Source of the DNA: a virus
Taxonomy: Duplodnaviria; Caudoviricetes
IMG/VR virus record: IMGVR_UViG_3300037512_001142
Coordinates: 1-64,000 of that record
Direction: 5' to 3' (one strand)
Length of the DNA stretch: 64,000 bases
This document shows, one piece after another, positions 30,683-39,963 of the stretch (positions within the stretch are counted from its first letter, which is position 1; each line of letters begins with the position of its first letter). The position numbers and the translations under genes were made by a program. The notes beneath the pieces are model-generated. The model had not been told where the DNA came from. It ran no database searches and worked only from the letters and a program-made list of their open reading frames with translations.

Positions 30683-31456
30683 ATGACAAATGACAGTGAA
30701 CTCTATAAACGTTTTCGCGAAAACTTTGGTAAAAGTTTTGATGACTTTTTAAATGGCGCATATAACGAAGAATTACAAGAAGATAATAACCGTTGGACCG
30801 GTTATGTTATCGATAATTATGACCCTACTTTTAGAGGTCGTGTAAAAGTTCTCGTTATCGGTAAATATGATGATATTCCGGAAGCTTCTCTTCCATGGGC
30901 AGTTCCCGATATTTCATATCTCGGTTCAAAGGCCGGTAATTTTATCGTTCCTGAAACAGGTACTGTCGTTCGCGGATATTTTGATCACGGTGATATTCAA
31001 AAACCCATTTTCGATTCCGTAGCATATAGCGAAGATAATATTCTGAATTCGCAAGCAGCAGTTAGAAACCCGGCAGAATATCCGGATAAGATGATTCTTA
31101 TGCAGACTGATATGGGTGAATGTCTTACCGTCAATAGACGAACTGGTGAAACCAAATTTGTTCATCGCTCTGGTACGACGATTTCGATTAGTCCTGTCGG
31201 TGATATTAAAGTTACAGCTGGTGGTGCTTCACAGATGGCACAGGTATCGATTGAATCTGAACTTGCCGTAAATGTCAATGCCAAGTCTATGGGTCAAATC
31301 AATATCCATGCCGAAAACGGAAATATCATGGTTGACTCCGATAAGGGTCAAGTCCAGCTCGGTAAAAACCTTGCAAAACAGTTTGTCAATAACTTACCAA
31401 ACTGTATCGTAACTGGCGCGCCTCATGCGGTCGGAAATACGAATGTTACATGTTAA
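30683..31456 (+). CDS. gp5: baseplate central spike gp5 (OB-fold plus beta-helix, no lysozyme domain)
   Basis: WTGYVIDNYDPTFRGRVKVLV..LPWAVP..VPETGTVVRGYFDHGD. Confidence 0.88.
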   Translation: MTNDSELYKRFRENFGKSFDDFLNGAYNEELQEDNNRWTGYVIDNYDPTFRGRVKVLVIGKYDDIPEASLPWAVPDISYLGSKAGNFIVPETGTVVRGYFDHGDIQKPIFDSVAYSEDNILNSQAAVRNPAEYPDKMILMQTDMGECLTVNRRTGETKFVHRSGTTISISPVGDIKVTAGGASQMAQVSIESELAVNVNAKSMGQINIHAENGNIMVDSDKGQVQLGKNLAKQFVNNLPNCIVTGAPHAVGNTNVTC

Positions 31457-31460
31457 AAAG

Positions 31461-31487
31461 AAATCACCCATGAGGGTGATTTTTTTT
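31461..31487. terminator. bidirectional terminator
   Basis: AAATCACCC-ATGA-GGGTGATTT followed by a T-tract. Confidence 0.8.
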
Positions 31488-32274
31488 ATTTAATTATATT
31501 CCTATATTGTTCGCTGAAAGTTTCTAGTACATTTAAATGGGATTTAATTATTCTAGCAATATCGTAAACATTGAATAGTTGAATCGGTATTCCGTCAGCG
31601 TCCTTGAAAGGTATAAAAAATTCTGATGTACAATACAAATTGTTATATTTAATCGAATAGCTCTTTACCTTAAAATCAACGTCCGTATTTGAATTCTGAA
31701 GCAAAAAAGCACTAAGATACTTATGGACTTCCTTAATATATGACTTGGCGTCAGTGTGGAGTTCCTGCAATCCCTGGGTCAGTCTAACCTTGATTTTAAC
31801 GACTGCTCCTTGTGGAGAAACAGATAAATCTAATAGAGCAGCGTTGCTGACCGGATGTAATGCAATAATCAGGTTATTGCGGACATGTGTTACTTGACGA
31901 GAAGTCAATTTAATAGGTTTAAGTTCTTGTGCCTTGTCGATTTCATTCTTACAAATTTCGGCACATGCGTATTCATCTTCGTTTGTATCGTACAAATCAG
32001 AAATAGTATCAGTTATCTTCTTGTTATCAAGTTCGGATTCTTCATATCCCAGTTTTTCAAGAATCGTGTGTACACGTTTCTTATATTTTAAAAAGTCTGT
32101 ATCAGCTGTAGCTTCGTTCATAGATTTATATAGTTTTTCAATGACTTTGGAGGCGGGAGTATCGTTAATATAGCATTCAAAAAGTTGTTCCATGTTATGA
32201 TCCACAATACCCACATCGCGATGAGTTCTAGCTAAAATCTTCTTAATATTATTACAGTAATCTCCAAAAATCAT
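31486..32274 (-). CDS. hypothetical late protein with repeated helical N-terminal module
   Basis: Own TATAAATA (32294-32301) and AAGGA SD; not intein- or nuclease-like. Confidence 0.7.
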   Translation of the reverse strand: MIFGDYCNNIKKILARTHRDVGIVDHNMEQLFECYINDTPASKVIEKLYKSMNEATADTDFLKYKKRVHTILEKLGYEESELDNKKITDTISDLYDTNEDEYACAEICKNEIDKAQELKPIKLTSRQVTHVRNNLIIALHPVSNAALLDLSVSPQGAVVKIKVRLTQGLQELHTDAKSYIKEVHKYLSAFLLQNSNTDVDFKVKSYSIKYNNLYCTSEFFIPFKDADGIPIQLFNVYDIARIIKSHLNVLETFSEQYRNIIK

Positions 32275-32304
32275 CTAGCAAATTTCCTTACTATATTTAT
32301 AGTT

Positions 32305-33264
32305 TTATTTAAGGAAACCGTCTTGCCATAATTCGTAGATTTTACCAATTTTGTCAGTTAAAACAATGCCTGTGGCCTCGTCCTGGACAGTAATTTCTTC
32401 ATTCGGATCCAAACATGCGTATTCCTGGTTGAAGAACTTAATACCATGGTCACGAATAACCTTCTTTCTGAATGTTTCATCACGACCGTCGATTTCATTC
32501 CAGGCAATCTTAGCCGGAACGAACGTATTGATACCAGCGAGAGCGCTTTGCCAAATCTTATAGAACTGGTTCATTCCCTTAGGTGTCGAGATAAGAATCA
32601 ACATACTGGTCTTACGAGAAGCCTGGGTCGGAATAACCGACATCATAAAATCGTCAGCATCCTGTTCCGGCAAGTGCGCAAATTCGTCCACTAGCATAAG
32701 GTCAACGGATTTACCACGAATAGCGGAAGAAGAACTAGCAGCACAGAAAATCTTACAACCGTTATCGAAACCGATTGATTTCTGTGACCAGCCACCACGG
32801 TCCGGATTGATACCTTGTTGCAGCCACATAGGAAGTCTCAGAACTGCAGCACGAATACGGAGCATAATTTCAATAGCCTGCGATTCCTTGTTAGCCAGAA
32901 CTGCAATAGTCTTGTCCTTGTGGAACAGTGCATACCAAAGAATATAAAGTGTAGCGATCGTAGTCTTGCCAGCCTGACGACCAACCGTAATAATTCTGTT
33001 ATTTCTTAGAACCTTTTCGCCCTTGGAATCGGTCATAACCGTTCCGTCATCGTTTCTCATGAAATAGGTTCCGCAAATTACCTTGATGAGACGTTCCTGA
33101 TATTCTCTCAATTTAATAGGCAATTCGCCATCTTCTGTCAAAATGTAAAAGTAATTGGCAAAGTGGAAAATATCCTTTGAGCACTTCTCGTATTCCGCCC
33201 ATTGTTCTGGAGTCATTTCCACATTTTCGTTGTGGCCTCTTAGTGTATCGGTTCCTTGGAACAT
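32305..33264 (-). CDS. gp17: terminase large subunit, ATPase half only, fused to a split-intein N-fragment
   Basis: Walker A GRQAGKTT, ILANK, AIRGKS, Walker B LVDEFAH, LISTPKG, FFNQEYA then CLDPNEEITVQD..; TAA stop, no RNase H nuclease domain. Confidence 0.93.
   Translation of the reverse strand: MFQGTDTLRGHNENVEMTPEQWAEYEKCSKDIFHFANYFYILTEDGELPIKLREYQERLIKVICGTYFMRNDDGTVMTDSKGEKVLRNNRIITVGRQAGKTTIATLYILWYALFHKDKTIAVLANKESQAIEIMLRIRAAVLRLPMWLQQGINPDRGGWSQKSIGFDNGCKIFCAASSSSAIRGKSVDLMLVDEFAHLPEQDADDFMMSVIPTQASRKTSMLILISTPKGMNQFYKIWQSALAGINTFVPAKIAWNEIDGRDETFRKKVIRDHGIKFFNQEYACLDPNEEITVQDEATGIVLTDKIGKIYELWQDGFLK
32308..32415 (-). other. atypically short split intein N-fragment (IntN, 36 aa)
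   Basis: CLDPNEEITVQDEATGIVLTDKIGKIYELWQDGFLK: block-A CL start placed at the QExx|C site of TerL. Confidence 0.85.
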
Positions 33265-33313
33265 AGTTTACCCCTTCATAGCTTATATCTTATTTATGTC
33301 TGAATAATTGCAA

Positions 33314-33340
33314 AAATAAGGGCCTCTGGGACCCTTATTT
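33314..33340 (-). terminator. terminator after gp21
   Basis: AAATAAGGG..CCCTTATTT hairpin. Confidence 0.65.
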
Positions 33341-33359
33341 GTTTGCCTAATATCTTTTA

Positions 33360-34028
33360 TTAGAATGTCTGAATGAACTCTTTAAATGCGTCCAGAATGG
33401 CCTTAGAACCCTTCTTATCGACTTCCTTATTGAAAGCCTTCTGGCCAGCGATAATACGTTCACGCTGTTCAATGAAAAGTCCGGTATTTTCGTTAAGAAC
33501 CCACTTGGAAACATACTGTACGGATTCATACATAGCGTCAGTATAAGCGACCTGGGCAGATGGCATGTAAACCGAGTCGATTGTGACAAGGTTATAGTCG
33601 TCAGCGACCATGTTGCCTTCGGTCAAATTACCGGTACCACGAGACGAAACACCCATACGAACACCGTCGAGCAAGAGAGATTCGAGGAGCTTGCCGTTAG
33701 GAGTATGCAAAACCTTTGCCTTACCCATAGCGAGATTACCGTCCATGTGAAGATCAGTAATCATGATTGCTGCTTCACGAGGGTTGATTTCGATTGTTTC
33801 AGGGTGATTGAGTTCGCCAAGAGCTTCACGTGATTCGATGAGCTTCTGGAATTTATTAACTTCACGTTCAATAATTGCCTTAGAATAAGTACGACCATTA
33901 CGGTTTACTTCTTCAGCCATCATGAACGGACCACTGATATACATGGTCTTCATGTTGTTGCCAGCATCTTCAAGCATAGATTTTGCTTCAGCGCAGGCTT
34001 CTTCGCACAATAGCTTTTTTGCTTCCAT
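33360..34028 (-). CDS. gp21: prohead core protease
   Basis: ISGPFMMAEEVNRNGRTYS, ALGELNHP, GVSSRGTG; start at ATG 34028 with GGAG SD and TATAAATA 34056-34063. Confidence 0.95.
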   Translation of the reverse strand: MEAKKLLCEEACAEAKSMLEDAGNNMKTMYISGPFMMAEEVNRNGRTYSKAIIEREVNKFQKLIESREALGELNHPETIEINPREAAIMITDLHMDGNLAMGKAKVLHTPNGKLLESLLLDGVRMGVSSRGTGNLTEGNMVADDYNLVTIDSVYMPSAQVAYTDAMYESVQYVSKWVLNENTGLFIEQRERIIAGQKAFNKEVDKKGSKAILDAFKEFIQTF

Positions 34029-34143
34029 AATTAAAATCTCCAATGTTGTTTACTATATTTATAGAATTTTTACAATTTTTCTGGAGATTTAATTTCAGCT
34101 TTGCCTTATAAATAATATATAAAATCATAAAAAGGGATTTAAA

Positions 34144-35409
34144 ATGGAACATTTATTCAAAACTGACGATTCTAATATCGCATTTAGTCAGGATGAAGCT
34201 TTCGATAACATCATGGAAGCGATGTCACATGAACCCAACTGGGTCAAGGTGATGAAGTGGGCTGTAAGTATTCATTTCAACAGCCCGCATACCAATGATG
34301 GCCAGCTGATTCCTTCTCACATTGGTAACTATTTCTCGACAATTCGTTTCAAGAGCTGGAATAGCAATAATAATCCTGCTCAAGGTCAACGTCCGACACA
34401 GCTCGCGCTTTATTATGAAGGTCGCTTGAAATCTGAAATTGTTCATGGTTCTACCACGATTACTGATATTCGCCCATTCACTATCATGTATGCTATTGAT
34501 GGTAAGGACGAAATCAATGCGGTAATCAAGGATAATAAGGCATTCCTTAAGGCTTTGGAAACCGGTACTCCGAATTTCTCCAAGATGGCTCCTGAACTTC
34601 ATAGCCTTGCTCAAAACTGTGTTCGCTACGCTATGGTTTACTGGAAGAATGACGCTCATGACGCTCTTATCGTTAAGGGTTCTCAACTTGAACGTTTCGG
34701 TGAAATCTTGAAGGACAGTACACTTGCTCCGACTTCTGTTCTTCGTGACGGTTCTAAGAAGGGCGGTGTTGGTACTGGTAAGTATATCACCCCGCAAGGT
34801 TATGTATTCACTGTTCCTGCTGACAAGGTAAAGGTTGCTAATGAATTCATCAGCCAGTGTAACTGGTACGGCGGTGTCGAAACTGAAGTTACCGATGAAA
34901 ACGGTCATACTTCCAAGAAGAAGATTGGTTGGGGCACGAGTACAGAATTTCCGACAAAGACTCTCGAAGATGGTTCCATGCTTTGCGGTGTAAGTAGCCA
35001 TAACGAATTCGCTAATGTCATAATTAACAAGCTCCTGGATATGGGTGTAATTGAAAATGACAAGGTTGATAAGGTAAGTCTCTTGACCGACGGTGGTCGT
35101 CAGAAGGCTGGCGGTATGAATGCCATTATCAACAAGATTGCAAACGGTGATTCTCCAGATGCTGCCTCTTCTAGATCCAGCAAGAAACCGCCTGTTACGC
35201 TCGCTTTCGATACTGAATCCTTCGGTATCGGTGCCAAGCTCACCAATGCAATGGTACGTAAAGCTACTCTCTCCAATTCTCGTTCTACTGCTGATATTTC
35301 TATTGACGATGACGCAGAATCGGTTACGATTACCGGTATGGCTGAAAAGGATGTCGCTAAGATTATCGCGTTCCTTGACGCTAAGGGAATCAAGTACAGC
35401 AAGATGTAA
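34144..35409 (+). CDS. hypothetical late protein, candidate internal head protein
   Basis: 421 aa; TATAAATA 34107-34114, AAGGG SD, codon usage like the capsid genes; possible LxE-type site NIME-A. Confidence 0.7.
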   Translation: MEHLFKTDDSNIAFSQDEAFDNIMEAMSHEPNWVKVMKWAVSIHFNSPHTNDGQLIPSHIGNYFSTIRFKSWNSNNNPAQGQRPTQLALYYEGRLKSEIVHGSTTITDIRPFTIMYAIDGKDEINAVIKDNKAFLKALETGTPNFSKMAPELHSLAQNCVRYAMVYWKNDAHDALIVKGSQLERFGEILKDSTLAPTSVLRDGSKKGGVGTGKYITPQGYVFTVPADKVKVANEFISQCNWYGGVETEVTDENGHTSKKKIGWGTSTEFPTKTLEDGSMLCGVSSHNEFANVIINKLLDMGVIENDKVDKVSLLTDGGRQKAGGMNAIINKIANGDSPDAASSRSSKKPPVTLAFDTESFGIGAKLTNAMVRKATLSNSRSTADISIDDDAESVTITGMAEKDVAKIIAFLDAKGIKYSKM

Positions 35410-35425
35410 TCTTGTTCAATAATTT

Positions 35426-35454
35426 AAAAAACCAGGTGAATAACCTGGTTTTTT
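35426..35454. terminator. bidirectional terminator
   Basis: AAAAAACCAGGT-GAATA-ACCTGGTTTTTT. Confidence 0.85.
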
Positions 35455-35457
35455 ATT

Positions 35458-37146
35458 TTATGCAATCTTGTAGTATTTGGGGAAGAAATTCATCTCGCCA
35501 AAGTTTTCTTTCTTTCCAGCATATATCGTATAAAGAATATACTCGTCTATTGCCTTATTGACATCAGTATAATTTTTCATTAGGCAATATCTACGCATAT
35601 TATCTAACCATTCCATATACAGCTTACCGATAGCATGTCGTTTAATTAATTCCTTATCTTGTTTATTTTTTACCGGAGCTTCTGCTGCGTCTCTAAATGC
35701 ACTAATATCTTTGGTTTTCATCAAATCTTCAAAACCCTTCGGCCATCTAAATTCGCTTTCATCATAATTAAAAATACCCGTACCATTTAAATAATAGTTT
35801 AACGTATCGTATGCTTTTCCAAGCATAGTCTGCGTATTTTCTTTTTTATTAAAAGATTCTACTGCAATATCAGCATTTACAAATTTATTTTCTTTACCAA
35901 ATGAAACTTGTTTTCCACCATAATAATCCGCTTCAATACTTGCGCCGGAATCATTATTGAATGTAGTGAATTTAAGTCTGATAATATTATTTTTCCCGTT
36001 CTCGATAACATTTACATAAATGTAAATATTACCCATGGTAACTTCCCACTTCTTATTCCTTATGACAATATTATTTGTTTTATTTTCATTTGAAACATGT
36101 GTATAAGATTTAACAGTGTCCCATTTAGAAGAATTGAGCTTTAATGAAATAAGTCTTAATTTATTCTGTTCTGTCTTTTTATCCAACCATTCTCTATAAT
36201 CAGAAAGAGAATTAAATTCAGTTCTCGAAAGTTCATTCTTTAGATTGTTGTCATAAACTACAATATCAGCCGGACACCAAGAATTTATATTCTTAAATTT
36301 TCTATCTTCTTTTTTATTTGTCGCATTAAATTTAGCTCTAATTACAGGGCCAATACCGTTTTCAGAAATACGTTGTCCTTCTTCCACGGACATATCCGAC
36401 ATGTGCATACTCAATGCGTCCAACTTATTAAATACTTTTGCACCGCCAGATACACATTTAGAAACTGCACCATAAAGATTATCACAATACCATTCAAGCA
36501 AATCATAGATTCGTTGCTTATTATTGTATAATGAAAAATGAAAACGATTATCAAGATTATTCAGGAATCGCAAATCGATTTCATCAAAATCATTAGGCAT
36601 CATATAAGCCGTAAAAAGTCCAACTGCCTGACCTGCTTCCTGTGTTGCGGTACCTACTGAACGCATTGAGGCGGCGATTCCATGTCCACGCAAATACCAT
36701 GGAGCGGTAGAATACAAAGTTTTACCGTTAACTTTCAACATGTATAACTGTGTATCATGCAATCCTTTTTCTTTTACTGGATTTACAATCTTTAAAGCAT
36801 TGGCATGCAAGAATTCCAACACACTTTCTTCGCACAGTTCAATATGACATCCTTGTGGGCCAATATACTGCTTTACCGTTTTCATATTATAACGATGGTT
36901 CGTAAATCCTGTTCCAACAGTATTATGTGTTGCTGTAAATTCAACTACTGTAAACTTTCCCAAGTTTACTGTTTTCTTAAGACGTTCAAAACCGTCCGCT
37001 CTACTTGCTTTACGTTCACCTGGGTAATAAACTTTAATTTCAGCATATTCCAATCCAGAAAATGCGTCTTTAATTTCTTCTTTTGATGATACTTTTATAC
37101 TAGGATCTGTATTCTCGTAAATGTTTCTAAAATCGCCTAATGCCAT
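35458..37146 (-). CDS. putative PD-(D/E)xK nuclease-fold protein
   Basis: TATQEAG..SWCPADIVVY..LRLISLK motif set; TATAAATA-TTTT-ATG. Confidence 0.5.
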   Translation of the reverse strand: MALGDFRNIYENTDPSIKVSSKEEIKDAFSGLEYAEIKVYYPGERKASRADGFERLKKTVNLGKFTVVEFTATHNTVGTGFTNHRYNMKTVKQYIGPQGCHIELCEESVLEFLHANALKIVNPVKEKGLHDTQLYMLKVNGKTLYSTAPWYLRGHGIAASMRSVGTATQEAGQAVGLFTAYMMPNDFDEIDLRFLNNLDNRFHFSLYNNKQRIYDLLEWYCDNLYGAVSKCVSGGAKVFNKLDALSMHMSDMSVEEGQRISENGIGPVIRAKFNATNKKEDRKFKNINSWCPADIVVYDNNLKNELSRTEFNSLSDYREWLDKKTEQNKLRLISLKLNSSKWDTVKSYTHVSNENKTNNIVIRNKKWEVTMGNIYIYVNVIENGKNNIIRLKFTTFNNDSGASIEADYYGGKQVSFGKENKFVNADIAVESFNKKENTQTMLGKAYDTLNYYLNGTGIFNYDESEFRWPKGFEDLMKTKDISAFRDAAEAPVKNKQDKELIKRHAIGKLYMEWLDNMRRYCLMKNYTDVNKAIDEYILYTIYAGKKENFGEMNFFPKYYKIA

Positions 37147-37196
37147 AAAATATTTATAAATAATATAAATACAATAAAAGGTTTAAGGAGATTTTT

Positions 37197-37667
37197 ATGA
37201 ACTTATTTGAAGCTAAACAAATTGCGGAAAGCCACGGTTTTACAGTTAGCAAGTCAAAGAAGGGCGGCGATGACAAGGTTCCGCCTTGGGCTAAACTCGA
37301 TGAAGGCAAGAAGGGTGGTGACAATGTTCCGCCTTGGGCTAAGCTCGAAGAAGCTAAGGCTATTGCTGAAGAAGCCGGTTATAAAGTAATCAAGGAAGGT
37401 TTCGGAACTGCTGAAGGTACACTCTTCACAAGCATTTGCGAAAAGTATATCAACAACGCATATTTCGTTACTCTTGCTGCTCAGGTTGGTCTCAAGGCTG
37501 CTATCGCTGAATTCCTTGAAGAAGTTCGCGAATGCATCGGTAAGGGCGTCAGTGCTGAATACTACAACAAGTTTGCTCTTCGTATGAAGGCTTGCAAGTC
37601 TGAATCTAAGGCATTGTTCACTATCACTAATGCAATGTTCGCTGGTCAGGGAATGGCTCTCCACTAA
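37197..37667 (+). CDS. small late protein with duplicated leader and KKGG..VPPWAKL repeats (prohead core-like)
   Basis: Tandem TATAAATA (37155, 37164), AAGGAG SD; internal direct repeat gttccgccttgggctaa. Confidence 0.8.
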   Translation: MNLFEAKQIAESHGFTVSKSKKGGDDKVPPWAKLDEGKKGGDNVPPWAKLEEAKAIAEEAGYKVIKEGFGTAEGTLFTSICEKYINNAYFVTLAAQVGLKAAIAEFLEEVRECIGKGVSAEYYNKFALRMKACKSESKALFTITNAMFAGQGMALH

Positions 37668-37690
37668 TCGAATAGCACAATAAAAAATTT

Positions 37691-37718
37691 AAACCAGGCC
37701 CCTAGGTCTGGTTTTTTT
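37691..37718 (+). terminator. intrinsic terminator
   Basis: AAACCAGGCC-CCTA-GGTCTGGTTT plus T-tract. Confidence 0.8.
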
Positions 37719-37730
37719 CATAAATACTAA

Positions 37731-38015
37731 ATGGACGAAGTAATAAAAATGCTCAAAGCCCGCAGGATTTACTTCAATCCTATGTCTGACCATATGTGTT
37801 ATTTCGGAATGGATGAAAACTTTATTGTCGGAACATTCTCTTTCTATGGCTCAGAACCATTATGTAGGTTCTCATATCAAGATGGTGACATTAAATACTT
37901 CAAAAACTTCAAATACAATGAAGCGGAATTCGATGAAGAACTAGAAAAAGCCGGAAAAGCATATATTCATTTTAAAAATGCTGAAGTCGAAAATATACTT
38001 TCTGTATTAGATTAA
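37731..38015 (+). CDS. hypothetical protein
   Basis: 94 aa; CATAAATA-CTAA-ATG. Confidence 0.65.
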   Translation: MDEVIKMLKARRIYFNPMSDHMCYFGMDENFIVGTFSFYGSEPLCRFSYQDGDIKYFKNFKYNEAEFDEELEKAGKAYIHFKNAEVENILSVLD

Positions 38016-38043
38016 AAAGAGGTCCCAAAGGAACCTCTTTTTA
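38014..38043. terminator. bidirectional terminator
   Basis: AAAAAGAGGT..ACCTCTTTTT. Confidence 0.8.
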
Positions 38044-38068
38044 AATTTTGTTTATCAATCAGTTACGA

Positions 38069-38413
38069 TTACTTCTTGAAAGGACCGTCAACTGTATCGT
38101 CAGCGATAGCGGTTGCATAATCCGGGCTGAATACTGCGGAAGCATCCGGAGCGGCAGAGAATGCAGAAGCCTCAAGAGTTTCGTTCGGAGTCCAAGCAGA
38201 CTGCGGAAGAACGTTCAAGATACGCTTGTTGAGAGCATCCTTACCACCGGAAAGTTCGTAAGCCGGCTTCTGAGTGTAATGGTAGAGACCATCAGAGTAA
38301 GCCTTGCCGTAGAATTCCTTATCCTTAACCTTGTCATCAGTATCGAGGAAGTAAGCAGAAACTTCCTGGTTGTAATCGTTACCGAGATTGTACAAATCAT
38401 TTCTACGTTTCAT
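38069..38413 (-). CDS. small late protein downstream of the capsid gene, candidate decoration protein
   Basis: Own TATAAATA (38467-38474), AAGGAG SD, capsid-like codon usage. Confidence 0.7.
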   Translation of the reverse strand: MKRRNDLYNLGNDYNQEVSAYFLDTDDKVKDKEFYGKAYSDGLYHYTQKPAYELSGGKDALNKRILNVLPQSAWTPNETLEASAFSAAPDASAVFSPDYATAIADDTVDGPFKK

Positions 38414-38517
38414 AATATATCTCCTTAATTTTTCCTATGTGAAGATTAATTCCTTCACACCTATTTTATTTATAGAATTTTTCCGGAAGAACTTGTTAAG
38501 AAATATAAGAAATAATA

Positions 38518-38549
38518 AAAAATGCAGGTTTTTACGCCTGCATTTTTAA
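38518..38549 (-). terminator. terminator after the major capsid gene
   Basis: AAAAAATGCAGG-TTTTTACG-CCTGCATTTTT. Confidence 0.8.
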
Positions 38550-38575
38550 ATGTTATTTCATTTTGACCGAATCTA

Positions 38576-39898
38576 TTACCAAACGAGGTCAGCTTCAGAG
38601 GATTCAGCGAAGAGTCCGTTGAACTTGAGCAAGCGGTAGTAGTTTTCAGCACCGAGCATGTTGTGAGCAAAGCCATAACGGCTCATGATACCAACACGAG
38701 GGCTGAAGTCATTCGGGTCAATAGCCTGGTTGACAACACCGGTTACGTACGGACAGAAGATAACACCAGCATCATAGAGGCTAGAGCCCTTGAATGCGAG
38801 GAGAACTTCACCGTTGTCGTGTTCACCGAATTCATCAACAGCGTACTGGTCACAGAAGACCTTTACAACACCGTTAAGGGTACCCATTTCCGGAGTAACA
38901 GCAGAACCGTTAACTTCGTGAGCAACCTTGGTGAACCATGGGTTAGCGCACTGAAGAACAGTAGCAACGTCCGGGGAAACAACTGCAATGTTAGCAGCGC
39001 CACGACGAGTAGCGGTACGGATGTCGTTTACACCCTTCATGATGTGGGTGATGATCATACCGAAACGTTCCTGAGAGTTGCGGCCAATGAAGGCGTCGTT
39101 ATTGGCGAGAGTTGTATTAGCCTTGTTGAACACGCGAGGTGTGCAAAGAGCCTTACAACGACCGATAGTTTCACGGTCCATTTCAGCGGTCATTTCAGCC
39201 TGAAGGACGTTAATCATTTCAGTCATCATTTCGATACCCTGCATAGCCTTAATATCGGCAGCAGATTCGAGAGAGAAGGAAGCAGCGAGCTTACGGCTCT
39301 TAGCAACGATGGACTGGCGGCTGAGCATAAGGCCGATTTCCGGCATCTTACGGCTTACAGACGGGTCATCAGAACCAAAAGTCGGGCCAGTAATCTTCCA
39401 ACCTTCAGCGGACTGAGTGTCAACGCCGGTACCAGCGTCCCATTCACCAGACTGGTTAGCGGTAGAACCGGTATAACCAGAGAAGCGAGGAACAGCCTTC
39501 CATGCGGCTTCAACGAGTTCGTTCGGGTTATTTGTCTTATAGATGTAACGGAGTGCGAAGGCAAGGCCAACAGGACCAGTCAACGGCTGAACACCAACGA
39601 GAACGTTAGCGAAGAGCTGCGGGAACACACGACGAACGAGCGCGAGAGAAATCGGAGCGAAAACGCCCTTAGCGTCGCCACCGTGCGGAATGCCCTGGTC
39701 GAGACCAAGCGGAGCACCTACACCCTGGGTGAAATCTTCAGTGAGAAGTTCTGCACCGAGATTCTTAGTCTTCTGGTTTTCAAGAAGACGTGCGGTATTA
39801 TAACGTACAAGGGAGTCCTTGATACCAGCAACGGAAAGTCCGCCCGGTGCCTTGGCCCAAGTATCTACCATAGTAGCTTGTGATTGTGTAACTTTCAT
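38576..39898 (-). CDS. gp23: major capsid protein
   Basis: LVRRVFPQLFANVLVGVQPLTGPVGLAFALR, KSRKLAASFSLE, FCPYV, IMSRYG; TATAAATA 39932-39939 and AGGAGA SD. Confidence 0.97.
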   Translation of the reverse strand: MKVTQSQATMVDTWAKAPGGLSVAGIKDSLVRYNTARLLENQKTKNLGAELLTEDFTQGVGAPLGLDQGIPHGGDAKGVFAPISLALVRRVFPQLFANVLVGVQPLTGPVGLAFALRYIYKTNNPNELVEAAWKAVPRFSGYTGSTANQSGEWDAGTGVDTQSAEGWKITGPTFGSDDPSVSRKMPEIGLMLSRQSIVAKSRKLAASFSLESAADIKAMQGIEMMTEMINVLQAEMTAEMDRETIGRCKALCTPRVFNKANTTLANNDAFIGRNSQERFGMIITHIMKGVNDIRTATRRGAANIAVVSPDVATVLQCANPWFTKVAHEVNGSAVTPEMGTLNGVVKVFCDQYAVDEFGEHDNGEVLLAFKGSSLYDAGVIFCPYVTGVVNQAIDPNDFSPRVGIMSRYGFAHNMLGAENYYRLLKFNGLFAESSEADLVW

Positions 39899-39963
39899 TT
39901 ATTGTTTCTCCTATAAAAATCGTTTATACTTTATTTATATGAATTTTTTTGGAATTCTCGTAA

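Noticed and set aside
32270-32310. Frameshift, read-through or intron joining terL-N to the downstream ORF
   Set aside because: The downstream ORF has its own TATAAATA and SD and shows no IntC (HN-C) or RNase-H terminase motifs; no room for a group I intron
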